Shown: positions 8,460 through 17,662 of the stretch, one piece after another
Layout of the letters: each line of letters starts with the position of its first letter
Numbering within the stretch: position 1 is the stretch's first letter
The notes under the pieces: model-generated
The model's input: the letters and a program-made list of their open reading frames with translations, nothing else
The model's database searches: none
What the model was told of the DNA's origin: nothing
Translations under genes and position numbers: made by a program
NCBI RefSeq assembly: GCF_000008665.1
Contig: NC_000917.1
Span: forward strand, 450,001-482,000
Direction: 5' to 3'
Length of the DNA stretch: 32,000 nucleotides
DNA from: Archaeoglobus fulgidus DSM 4304
Lineage (GTDB): Archaea > Halobacteriota > Archaeoglobi > Archaeoglobales > Archaeoglobaceae

Positions 8460-9647
8460 ATGGCGGTGGAGTTTAAGAAAATTGAGGGTGACTCAATCCA
8501 GTACTTCGCTCTCGTGATAATACTGGCAGCAGTTACAGCCTTGGGCTTTTACGCTTACGTTCTCGACCACAAAATGGGCCTTAACGGGCTGAGCAACCGT
8601 GTGCCTTGGGGCATTGTCAACGCTGGAATCCCCTACTTCATCGGTTTAAGTGCGGGCTCGCTCATAGTCTCGGCTCTCGCCGGAGTGTTCAACATAAAGA
8701 AGTACAAGGTTTTCAGCAGAATTGCCGCATATATGGCAGCTGCGTGGATTATCGCAGCAATTCTCAGCATTGCTCTCGACATAGGAAAGCTCTACCACTT
8801 CATGAACGCTGTGAGGTACTTCAACCCGACGTCGATCTTCTCGTGGAACGCGTTTTTGTATTCAAGCTACTTTGTCATCTGTTCCATTTACCTGCTTGTG
8901 CAGTTTGAGGAGATGGAAAAGGCAACAAGGTTCATGGCCGGATTGGCAGTTTTCTGGGCTGTCCTCGTTCACAGCGGTACCGGAGCCATCTACAGCTTTG
9001 TTTATTCAAAAGAACTTTACCACTCAGCTCTAACGCCACCAATGTTCATCGTGTGTGCTATCACCTCAGGTTTGGGATTGCTCCTTGCGAACCTCTACTT
9101 CACCTTCCGCTTTACCAAGAGGGAGCTTGATCCAAAGCTGATCAGAGGGTTGGCTCTGATTTTCGCCGGGCTGATGATGGTTCTTGGCTACTTCCTTGCA
9201 GTTGAGGGGCTTGAAAAGGGGTACATCCCAGCGCTGCATGAAGCGGTTCAGTTTGTGTTCCTGACACCCACATCAGGCGTATTCTGGAGCTTCTGGCTGC
9301 TGGTAATCTTCGGCATAGCGATACCGATAATAATTGTCCTGAACCCAAAGACTGGATACGACCTCAGATGGATAACCTTTGCCGGAATCCTGCACGCTGC
9401 ACTGGTCTTTGCAGAGCGTTTCTACCTGATCATCCCTGGACAGGTGTTCCCTGAGGAATATTTGCCCGGATACGAGCTTGAGTCACTGCACACCCTCGAA
9501 GGTTACATTGTTTCCTATACACCATCAGTCTTCGAGTGGCTGCAGGTAATAGGGCTGATTGCCATGGTCTACCTGATTTTCGTGGTTGGAGTTAAGCTGT
9601 TCGCACTGATTCCCGAAAGGGCAGTGGAGGAGGTGGTGGAAGAATGA
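8460..9647 (+). CDS. hmeB: Hme complex subunit B (DsrP / NrfD-PsrC-type integral membrane quinone-interacting subunit)
   Basis: 395-aa polytopic membrane protein. Its ATG directly abuts the hmeA stop. The position and size match NrfD-family partners of Tat-exported FeS proteins. Confidence 0.88.
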   Translation: MAVEFKKIEGDSIQYFALVIILAAVTALGFYAYVLDHKMGLNGLSNRVPWGIVNAGIPYFIGLSAGSLIVSALAGVFNIKKYKVFSRIAAYMAAAWIIAAILSIALDIGKLYHFMNAVRYFNPTSIFSWNAFLYSSYFVICSIYLLVQFEEMEKATRFMAGLAVFWAVLVHSGTGAIYSFVYSKELYHSALTPPMFIVCAITSGLGLLLANLYFTFRFTKRELDPKLIRGLALIFAGLMMVLGYFLAVEGLEKGYIPALHEAVQFVFLTPTSGVFWSFWLLVIFGIAIPIIIVLNPKTGYDLRWITFAGILHAALVFAERFYLIIPGQVFPEEYLPGYELESLHTLEGYIVSYTPSVFEWLQVIGLIAMVYLIFVVGVKLFALIPERAVEEVVEE

Positions 9648-10642
9648 TCGGAGTGATTTTCGGCGTAATAGTGCCCTACATTGCCGTAGCGATATTCGTT
9701 ATCGGAGTGATTTACAGAATCGTTAACTGGGCCAACAGTGCTGTTCCTCTTAAGATCCCCACGACTGGTGGGCAGCAGAAGTCCTTCCCCTTCATCAAAA
9801 GAACGATTTACGACCGCTTTGACTCTCCCTACACATGGTGGGAGACTGCAGGAAGAATGCTCCTTGAGATATTCTTCTTCCGCAGCCTGCTGAAGAACAC
9901 CCGCTACTACCTCGACAGAGTCTCGCAGAAGGATGCCCGCTGGCTCTGGCTCTTCGGAATACTGTTCCACTACTCATTGCTGCTCGTCCTCATCAGGCAC
10001 TCAAGGTTCTTCCTCGACCCAGTTCCAAGCTTTGTTGAGACTCTTAGCGAGATTGAGGCCTTCAAGGGTGTCTTCATTCCATCCGTCTATATGTCAGGAC
10101 TGGCGATTGTTGCAGCCCTCTTCCTGCTCTGGCTAAGGAGAATTTTCCTTTCCAGAGAGAGGACACTCAGCCTTCCGAGCGACCACTTTGCCCTGATTCT
10201 TCTCCTTGCGATTACAATCAGCGGCAACGTAATGAGGTACTTCGTCAAGGCCGACCTGTTTGCGGTTAAGGAGCTTCTCATGAGCCTGATGACCTTCAAC
10301 ATCGGCCACGCCGTTGAGGTTGCAAACACAATAGAGCCAATATTCTACGTTCACTTCGCCCTTGCAAGCTTCCTGCTTGCGTACTTCCCCTTCAGCAAGC
10401 TGATGCACGCTGGCGGAGTTTTCTTCTCACCCACGAGGAACATGCCCAACGACAACAGAGCAAGGAGGCACGTCAACCCATGGGACCCGGCAGACGTTCC
10501 GCTGCTTGCTAAGGGAATCACCGTTGCTGGAAGAGTTTACAAGTCAAAGAAGCTCGACTGGGATACCTATTACAGCATGTACACTGATCAGCTGCAGGAG
10601 ATTGAAGAGGCGGACTACAAGATTGTTCCCGAGGAGTTGTGA
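9644..10642 (+). CDS. hmeC: Hme complex subunit C (DsrM / HdrE / NarI-type dihaem cytochrome b)
   Basis: 332-aa membrane protein with conserved His in TM helices (LFHYSLL, IRHSRF, MHAGGVFF). An ATGA start/stop overlap couples it to hmeB. It sits directly upstream of the HdrD-like subunit. Confidence 0.88.
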   Translation: MIGVIFGVIVPYIAVAIFVIGVIYRIVNWANSAVPLKIPTTGGQQKSFPFIKRTIYDRFDSPYTWWETAGRMLLEIFFFRSLLKNTRYYLDRVSQKDARWLWLFGILFHYSLLLVLIRHSRFFLDPVPSFVETLSEIEAFKGVFIPSVYMSGLAIVAALFLLWLRRIFLSRERTLSLPSDHFALILLLAITISGNVMRYFVKADLFAVKELLMSLMTFNIGHAVEVANTIEPIFYVHFALASFLLAYFPFSKLMHAGGVFFSPTRNMPNDNRARRHVNPWDPADVPLLAKGITVAGRVYKSKKLDWDTYYSMYTDQLQEIEEADYKIVPEEL

Positions 10643-10652
10643 GGTGGTATAA

Positions 10653-12320
10653 ATGGAAGAGATGCCCGAAAGAATAGAGATAAAGCAAAAATTCCCAAGC
10701 TGGAGAGAGATGCTAAAACCAGTTAAGGAGTTCGAGGAGGGAAGGCTAAGCTACCTGTCATTGCCCAAGCAGGTTGATTCAGAATGGTTCAAAATGCCAT
10801 TCGGTGACGTTGAGAGAGATTTTCACGACCTCAAGCTTCCGGAAAACTGGAAGGAGATCTTCCTTGAGGCGATGAAGGATACACTGGAAAAGAACAGGTC
10901 GTTCAAGCTGTTCATGGACATCTGTGTAAGGTGTGGGGCCTGTGCAGATAAATGCCACTACTACATTGGCACAGGCGACCCCAAGAACATGCCTGTTGCA
11001 AGAGCAGAGCTAATCAGGTCAGTTTATCGCCGCTACTTCACCCCTGCAGGAAAGTTCTTCGGCGAGTGGGCTGGAGCGAGGGAACTCAACGAAGATGTGC
11101 TGAAAGAGCTTTACTACTACGCCTACCAGTGCTCCCTCTGCAGAAGGTGCAGCCTCTTCTGCCCCTACGGCATTGACACAGCAGAGATAGTGTGGTGGCT
11201 CAGAAGAATGCTCAGCAGAGTTGGCCTCAACCAGAGGTTCATGACCATATCCATTGAAGCTTCATCGAGAACAGGCAACCACCTCGGTCTGCTGCCTGGA
11301 GGAATGTATGGTGCAATACAGCAGGGACTGGAGGAGCTTAAAGACTACACCGGCTTTGACCTCCACACCTACATAAACAAGAAGGGAGCCGACATCCTCT
11401 TTGTTGCCCCATCAGCGGACTACTTTGCAACGCCTCACTGGTATGTCATGCTCGGATACCTTCTGCTCTTCAACGAGCTTGAGGAAAAGTACGGTTTGAC
11501 CATCACATGGTCAACCTACGCCAGCGAGGGAGGTAACTTCGGAACTTTCCACAGCTACGAAGCAGCGCAACTCCTCAACTCGAAGATTTACAAAGAGGCT
11601 GAAAGGCTCGGAGTGAGCTTCATCATCGGTGGAGAGTGCGGGCACATGTGGAGGGACAAGCACCAGTTCATCAACACCATGAACCTGCCACCAAAGCACG
11701 AGGAGTGGAGGAGATTCTGGGAAGACCCCGACCTTGGAAATCTGGCCGAAGGTCTTAGGGGAGTGAGATTTGACAGCTACGCCTCTGGAGAGCACGGATG
11801 GATTCACATCCTTGAGTTTGTTGCCGCACTGATAGAGCACAAGAAGATTGTCGTTGACAAAAGCAGAAACGACAAGTGGATCGCAACCTACCACGACCCG
11901 TGCAACGTTGCAAGAGGTATGGGGCTCATCGAGGAGCCGAGATACGTGCTGAGGAACGTGATGAACAACTTTTACGACATGCCCGAGCACACAATCAAGG
12001 ACAAGACCTACTGCTGCGGTGCTGGTGGAGGTATGCTGGCTGACGAGCTCATGGATTTGAGAATGCGTGGAGTTATGCCGAGAATGATGGCCGTCAGGCA
12101 TGTTTACAGAAAGTACGGAGTGAACATCCTGCTTACACCCTGCGCTATCGACAAGGCCCAGTTCCCGCACGCGCTCGAATACTGGAAGATTCCCATTGAG
12201 GTTGGGGGTCCAATGGAGATGGTTGGCAACGCTCTCGTCATGACAGCATTCGGTGAAAAGCCAGAGGACAGGCAGTTTGACCTGAGAGGAGAGCCTTTAA
12301 AACCAGAGGAGGGTGAGTGA
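10653..12320 (+). CDS. hmeD: Hme complex subunit D (DsrK / HdrD-type cytoplasmic iron-sulfur catalytic subunit with CCG domain)
   Basis: It has two ferredoxin-type motifs (CVRCGACADKCHYY, CSLCRRCSLFCPYG) and a C-terminal CCG domain (YHDPC-x36-CCGAGGG). A GGTGG ribosome-binding site lies upstream. Confidence 0.9.
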   Translation: MEEMPERIEIKQKFPSWREMLKPVKEFEEGRLSYLSLPKQVDSEWFKMPFGDVERDFHDLKLPENWKEIFLEAMKDTLEKNRSFKLFMDICVRCGACADKCHYYIGTGDPKNMPVARAELIRSVYRRYFTPAGKFFGEWAGARELNEDVLKELYYYAYQCSLCRRCSLFCPYGIDTAEIVWWLRRMLSRVGLNQRFMTISIEASSRTGNHLGLLPGGMYGAIQQGLEELKDYTGFDLHTYINKKGADILFVAPSADYFATPHWYVMLGYLLLFNELEEKYGLTITWSTYASEGGNFGTFHSYEAAQLLNSKIYKEAERLGVSFIIGGECGHMWRDKHQFINTMNLPPKHEEWRRFWEDPDLGNLAEGLRGVRFDSYASGEHGWIHILEFVAALIEHKKIVVDKSRNDKWIATYHDPCNVARGMGLIEEPRYVLRNVMNNFYDMPEHTIKDKTYCCGAGGGMLADELMDLRMRGVMPRMMAVRHVYRKYGVNILLTPCAIDKAQFPHALEYWKIPIEVGGPMEMVGNALVMTAFGEKPEDRQFDLRGEPLKPEEGE

Positions 12321-12321
12321 A

Positions 12322-12750
12322 ATGTACAACAAGAAGTATGTGATTCCCCTGATTTTGGTTTTTCTCATCGGCTTCTTCACGCCCTACTGGTACAACGCGA
12401 TGGCCGGAACCCTTGGCCACGTCCCCACGCTTAAGGAGCCTGCTGGAAACTGTGTCGAGGACAAGGACTGGATGGCCGCAAACCACATGCTTTTGCTTCA
12501 GCAGTGGAGAACTCAGGCTATAAGGCACGGAGCAGAGGGAGGGGGGATTTACCATAGCTTCACAACTGGAGAGGAATACCACGCCTCAACCAACACCTGC
12601 TGGAGCTGCCACGACAGCAAGGAGGAGTTCTGCGACCAGTGTCATGACTACGTTGGCATCCACCCAGAGTGCTGGGACTGCCACTACACGCCAAGCGTTG
12701 AGAAGCCGCATTACAGCGGGATTGAAGAGCTTAGCAAGTATTTCTCCTAA
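12322..12750 (+). CDS. hmeE: Hme complex subunit E (DsrJ-type membrane-anchored trihaem cytochrome c)
   Basis: It has three CxxCH haem-c motifs (CWSCH, CDQCH, CWDCH) and an N-terminal hydrophobic anchor. The track gives GTG 12313; I prefer ATG 12322 because GGAGGGTGA lies 6-7 nt upstream. Confidence 0.85.
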
Positions 12751-13610
12751 TTTTTATCCATTTTGTAAAGCTCGGCCCTTCTCGCCTCAAGAAGCTCCTC
12801 TTTGACTCCAGCAAACTCTGCTGCAGATTCAACCTTCACTCCAGCTTCCTCTCCTGCTTTGAAAACCTCCTGCATCTTCTCCCTCCACCTCAGGTCTCTC
12901 GTAAGATGATGGTCGAGGACTAGCGTTTTGACGTCTTCAGCAATCAGTCTCTTCAGGTTCTCAACGCTGCTCTCGAAGGACTTCTGCGAGAAGCGGTAGC
13001 CGAGCATGTATGTCATTGGCCCATCGATGAAAACAACCTCAGCAGACTTCTCAAGCATGAAGGCAAGCTGCTCCTCATTGTTCGGCCCCTCCACATCTGA
13101 GGAAAAGAGGAAGCTGCTCTTCCCATCCTCAACATAAACCTCAACAACAAATCCAAGCCTGCTGTCTGCGCCATGAAAAACCGGTTTTGAGAGCTCAACA
13201 ACCGTGTTGCCGAATTCGTAGCTTTTTCCATCGCAGTAGTCTATCTCAACATCCACACTTTTAAGCTGCTCTAAGAAGTAGGCGGCCCTTCCCTTCTGGC
13301 TCCTGTTGATTTTTTCCGTTGGATGTTTCAGCAAGAGCTTTTTTCCAGAAAAAATTTCAACCTCGTTGGGGTCGTGGTGGTCGTAGTGGTAGTGGGTTAT
13401 GATGGCAACTTCGGCCTTCTTCATCATTTCCTTGATTTCCTCCCACTTCTGATTCATCCTCTCGATCTCAATTCTGTGGGGAGGGAGACGGTAGCGTTTG
13501 GGAGCGAGACTGACGCCGGGATCGATGAGAATAGAAACGTCTGCTGTTTTAACAAAGGTTGCCATGCTTCTCACTCCCATCGAGTCGTAGGCTATGGGGA
13601 CGACTTCCAT
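12747..13610 (-). CDS. Metallo-beta-lactamase-fold hydrolase (UPF0282-like)
   Basis: It carries an HxHxDH-type motif (THYHYDHHD). The track start is 13652; I prefer ATG 13610 ([22 protein letters not shown]...). That start leaves a 47-bp divergent promoter region containing an A/T box. Confidence 0.75.
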
Positions 13611-13657
13611 AACGTTTCTTGGGCAAACAATAAAAAAACCTGACGACGACATCCTTT

Positions 13658-14284
13658 GTGCTGAGAGCGGAGCTTCACGTTCACTCGTCCTTCAGCGACG
13701 GAAGGGACGGTGTGAGGAAAATACTGGAGGCTGCAGTGGAGAAAAAGCTCGAAGTTATTGCGATTACAGACCACGATACCGTTCAGGGCTCTCTTGAGGC
13801 CATAGACATCGTTAAGGAGGAGCACTTACCGCTGAAAGTTCTTCCGGGTTGCGAGGTTACGGCGTCAACGGGGCACGTGCTTGTTTACGGTATAACGAAG
13901 GACATTGAGCCCAGAATGTCCGTTGAGGAGACCTGCAAGATTGCGAGAGAGCTTGGAGGTGTTTGTTTTCTTGCCCATCCATTCGATTTTATCAGAAAAG
14001 GGAGTGTAAGGCTGAAAGATTTTAAAATGGTGGACGGAATTGAGACGTTCAACGCAAAGAGCTACTTCAACTTCCTCGCCAAAAGATACGCTAAGAAGCT
14101 CTCCAAACCAGAAATTGCGGGCAGCGATGCCCACTCAGCCAGAGCGGTTGGCTTGGCTATTAACTACTTACCCGACGAGTTTGACCTTCTGAACGCGCTC
14201 TTTCACGCTCGGTTTGACGGCAGAAGAGTTTCAATCAGGGAGAGATTAGCTTTTCTGCGATTTCGACTAAATCAACGACTTTGA
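13658..14284 (+). CDS. PHP-domain metal-dependent phosphoesterase
   Basis: GTG start. The N-terminal HVHSSFSDG motif, an internal ITDHD and the C-terminal GSDAHS are the characteristic PHP metal ligand motifs. Confidence 0.8.
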
Positions 14285-15335
14285 TTCTATTGCCAAGCTT
14301 TTCTGCAGATTTAGATAGGTGATACTCGCAGAAGGGACAGCAGGTAATGAGGTATTCCGCCCCCGTTTCCATCGCTTCCAGAACTCTCTGCCTTCCGATT
14401 TCAAAGGAAATTTCAGGGAACTGACTCCTCAATCCCCCACCAGCGCCGCAGCAAAGAGCCTGCTCTCTGTTTCTCTCCATCTCCACAAAGTTGATGCCAA
14501 GCCTCTTTATAACGTTTCTCGGCTCCTCGTACATCCCCATATGCCTTCCTAGGTGACAGGGGTCATGATAAGTTGCCTTCAAATCTATTTTTTCAAACTC
14601 CCCCATTTTATCGAGTATTGAGACGGTGTGGACAACCTCAATGTCAAACTCGTAGCCTTTCTCCTCCGCAATTTTGGGGTAGTCCAGTGATATCGTTCTG
14701 TAGCATCCGGGACAGGACGTTATTATCCTCTCTATTCCCATCTTCTGCCAGTATGCGTAGTTTTTCTCAAACAGCCTTTCAACAATGTCTTTCTGTCCTG
14801 TTCGCAGGAACGGGGAACCGCAGCAGTACTCATTCTTACCGGCAATTGTAAAATCGATTCCGAGCTTTTCCAGAACGCTGGCTGTTGACTTGGCAAGATT
14901 TTGCAATCTGAAGCTTGCGGTGCAGCCCGCAAAATACAGCGTCTTAGCAGGTTTTATCTCAAAGTCTGCCCAGTCCCCCCTCCTTTCCTGATCACCACTG
15001 TAGGGGTTGTAGTTTCTGAAGGTAATCTCCCTGAGCTTTCTGTGAACAGAGAGCGGAGCCAGTCCCTTTTGAACGAGCGTCCTTCTCAGTTCCTCCCAGA
15101 AGTCGATTAGGGGAAGCTCTACCGGGCAGACTTCCTGACACAAGCCGCACACCGAGCACTTGAAAATGTCCTTGACGATTTTCTGGTCAACGTCTATCTC
15201 CCCATCCACATATTTTAGGGCTAGCTGAATCTTCCCCCTCGGAGATACGGTTTCCCATCCCTCTATCCTGTAGGTTGGGCAGGTTGTGCAGTATCCGCAC
15301 TTGCTGCACTTCGCTGCAATCTCTCTGATGTTCAT
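14235..15335 (-). CDS. GlpC/GlcF/HdrD-like iron-sulfur oxidoreductase subunit with two complete CCG domains
   Basis: It has two ferredoxin motifs (CSKCGYCTTCP, CSVCGLCQEVCP). It has two full CCG domains (GCTASF...YCCGSPF...CPGC and DPCHLGR...LCCGAGGG...CCPFC). An ATGA overlap couples it to the upstream FAD-oxidase gene. Confidence 0.85.
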   Translation of the reverse strand: MNIREIAAKCSKCGYCTTCPTYRIEGWETVSPRGKIQLALKYVDGEIDVDQKIVKDIFKCSVCGLCQEVCPVELPLIDFWEELRRTLVQKGLAPLSVHRKLREITFRNYNPYSGDQERRGDWADFEIKPAKTLYFAGCTASFRLQNLAKSTASVLEKLGIDFTIAGKNEYCCGSPFLRTGQKDIVERLFEKNYAYWQKMGIERIITSCPGCYRTISLDYPKIAEEKGYEFDIEVVHTVSILDKMGEFEKIDLKATYHDPCHLGRHMGMYEEPRNVIKRLGINFVEMERNREQALCCGAGGGLRSQFPEISFEIGRQRVLEAMETGAEYLITCCPFCEYHLSKSAEKLGNRIKVVDLVEIAEKLISP

Positions 15336-16360
15336 AGCACCATCTCCACGAGCCTTATCAGCCTGGAAAAGCTGTTACTCTCAACAGCCTTTCCCGGATT
15401 GAGCAGTGATTCAGGGTCAACGGCCTTTTTGAAATCCTTAGCAAAGTCGAGAAAACCTTTGTGGGGGAAAAGCATTCCAGTTGCGTAGGCTCTTCCACCA
15501 AGCCTTTCTGCAATTCTTATGAACTTAATGGCCTTCAATGCAGCCTTGTAGTAGTTATCGATGGGAAGAAGACCGAGAAACACAACATTGTCCTTTGTAA
15601 AGACGGCTTCAACCGGCAAATCAACCTTTAAGTAGAAATCGGATGCCGTTTCATACGGTAGGACAGCTTCGGTAAATATGACTTCCTTTTCCCTCCCAGC
15701 CTTGAAGAGGTTGAAGCGGTTGCCCCACATCCTGCTCCCGAGCTCCCTGTCCCCCTCCATCTCTGCCTCTCCCTCATAGCTCAGGAGTAAAAGGTCGGAA
15801 TCGCCAAATCCAAGCATTCCTGCAAGTTTTTGATTGATGAACGCCCCGTGGTAGGCCCCTTCAAGCAAGTCGATGGATTTCTCAAATTCCGCCTCAGTCG
15901 CTACGCTCTCTATTTTTGTGTTTTCCCTCACCTTCAGGCATGCTTTCAGTATAAGCCCCGTCGTGCCGAAAAGGCCGACGTAGTTCTTCATCTCTTCCCC
16001 GCTAACCCTCTTAACATCCTTGAAGTCGGCAACCTCGATCCACTCTAAGTTCTCCCCAATCCCGCCGTACTTCAAACTCCCTATCCCGTAACCGCCCTGT
16101 GCTATCCACCCGCCCACGGTTCCGGCTGGGGCGCTGGATGGATAAACTCTCAAGGCCAAACCGTGCCTGTTGAGTTCCTTTTCCACCTCCAGCCAAACTG
16201 CACCGCTTTCTGCAACCGCCTTTTCATCACCAACAACTACATCTCTCATTCTGGTAAAATCAACGACGATGCAAGGCTTTATCGTCACGGCCCCGCCATA
16301 GGCGGAGGTTGCAGCACCTCTGGGAACGACCGGAATCTTATGCTTCCTGCTGATTTTCAA
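15332..16360 (-). CDS. GlcD-like FAD-linked oxidase (candidate D-lactate/glycolate dehydrogenase), body of the gene
   Basis: It has a PCMH-type FAD-binding domain (KIPVVPRGAATSAYGGA...). The frame stays open upstream of the listed TTG start and still encodes FAD-domain sequence (QNYGAIVKHPICVVQPETDEDVKAIL), but it contains no start codon there. Confidence 0.8.
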   Translation of the reverse strand: MKISRKHKIPVVPRGAATSAYGGAVTIKPCIVVDFTRMRDVVVGDEKAVAESGAVWLEVEKELNRHGLALRVYPSSAPAGTVGGWIAQGGYGIGSLKYGGIGENLEWIEVADFKDVKRVSGEEMKNYVGLFGTTGLILKACLKVRENTKIESVATEAEFEKSIDLLEGAYHGAFINQKLAGMLGFGDSDLLLLSYEGEAEMEGDRELGSRMWGNRFNLFKAGREKEVIFTEAVLPYETASDFYLKVDLPVEAVFTKDNVVFLGLLPIDNYYKAALKAIKFIRIAERLGGRAYATGMLFPHKGFLDFAKDFKKAVDPESLLNPGKAVESNSFSRLIRLVEMVL

Positions 16361-16413
16361 GATAGCCTTTACATCCTCATCGGTTTCAGGCTGAACAACG
16401 CAGATTGGGTGTT

Positions 16414-16533
16414 TTACAATCGCTCCATAATTCTGGGTATTTTGAGCAAATCCTGAGCATAAAGAATCCTTTGCAAGGGATGAGCATCAACTCTTTTAAT
16501 TGAGTGGGATAATTCCAATACTAACGAATCCAT
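16414..16533 (-). pseudogene. Out-of-frame N-terminal fragment of the GlcD-like oxidase
   Basis: ATG 16533 encodes MDSLVLELSHSIKRVDAHPLQRILYAQDLLK... This matches the usual N-terminus of FAD-linked oxidases (L..L...I.rV.....l.Y..D) and then runs into a stop at 16414-16416. It is the 3' part of the longer spurious track ORF 16414-16824. Confidence 0.6.
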
Positions 16534-16617
16534 AATGAGGATAGGCTTGCAAACTAAAAAATTTTGTGAAAATGATTTATAGTTTATAATATCTTGTGTC
16601 GAGACAGCTGAGGAGCC

Positions 16618-16629
16618 AAAGTTTATATT
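16618..16629 (+). promoter_or_regulatory. TATA-box candidate for pdxS-pdxT (leaderless)
   Basis: AAAGTTTATATT is centred about 27 nt upstream of ATG 16652. Confidence 0.45.
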
Positions 16630-16651
16630 CAGCCATTGCGAAGGGATAACG

Positions 16652-17662
16652 ATGAAGATCAACCTTGAAGAGCTTAAATTCGGCACGGAGCTGATCAAGC
16701 GAGGATTCGCCAAGATGCAGAAGGGCGGAGTGATAATGGACGTCACCAACGCCGAGCAGGCGGCGATAGCCGAGGAGGCGGGAGCGGTTGCTGTAATGGC
16801 CTTGCACAAAGTACCGGCAGACATAAGGGCTGCTGGTGGTGTGGCGAGAATGGCCGACCCGAAGAAAATTCAGGAGATAATAGATGCGGTCACCATTCCG
16901 GTAATGGCTAAGTGCAGAATCGGCCACATAGCTGAGGCAAGAGCCTTGGAGGCTCTCGGAGTTGACATGATTGACGAGAGTGAAGTGCTAACACCAGCAG
17001 ACGTCTTCTTCCACATCGACAAAAGGAAGTTCGTCGTGCCCTTCGTCTGCGGTGCCAGAAGTTTAGGCGAGGCTGTGAGGAGAATCTGGGAGGGAGCGGC
17101 GATGATTAGAACGAAGGGAGAAGCGGGGACTGGCAATGTTGTTGAAGCAGTGAAGCACATGAGGCTGATAAACAGAGCAATCTTCGAGCTGCAGAAAATG
17201 AACGAGGAGAGAATTTACGGTGTTGCTGAGAAGTACGCTTCCAGGTACGCTGAGCTCGCCTCAAGAGTTAGGGAGGAGATGGGGCTGGAGAGCGTTTCGA
17301 GGAACGATGTTGTCTTTGAGGAATACACCCTCGGAGAAATAATAGACGGCATCTACGAGATTCTCCTTGAGATCAGGGAACTCGGAAGGCTGCCGGTTGT
17401 GAACTTCGCCGCTGGAGGAGTTGCTACACCAGCAGATGCCGCATTGATGATGCAGCTAGGAGCTGACGGTGTTTTCGTTGGCTCAGGCATATTCAAATCC
17501 TCCAATCCACCAGAGTATGCGAAGGCAATAGTTGAGGCTGTGCAGCACTACGACGAGCCAGAGGTTGTGGCAGAAGTTTCAAAAGGACTGGGAGAGGCGA
17601 TGAAGGGACTTGATGTTTTCAAGCTGAGCGAGGATGAGAGGCTGCAAACGAGAGGGTTATGA
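16652..17662 (+). CDS. pdxS: Pyridoxal 5'-phosphate synthase lyase subunit PdxS
   Basis: 336-aa ORF with highly conserved PdxS sequence ([53 protein letters not shown]). Confidence 0.97.

Noticed and set aside
13323-13643. 106-aa plus-strand ORF containing a poly-Val run ([12 protein letters not shown])
   Set aside because: The poly-Val run is the reverse complement of the His/Tyr/Asp-rich metal-binding motif (THYHYDHHD) of the MBL-fold gene, so it is an artefact of the opposite strand.
16534-16824. Upstream 97 codons of the 136-aa minus-strand ORF 16414-16824
   Set aside because: This part crosses the pdxS promoter and is antisense to the pdxS 5' coding region, with Ser/Ala/Ile-rich low-complexity translation. 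Only the last 39 codons, from ATG 16533, look like real oxidase N-terminal sequence.
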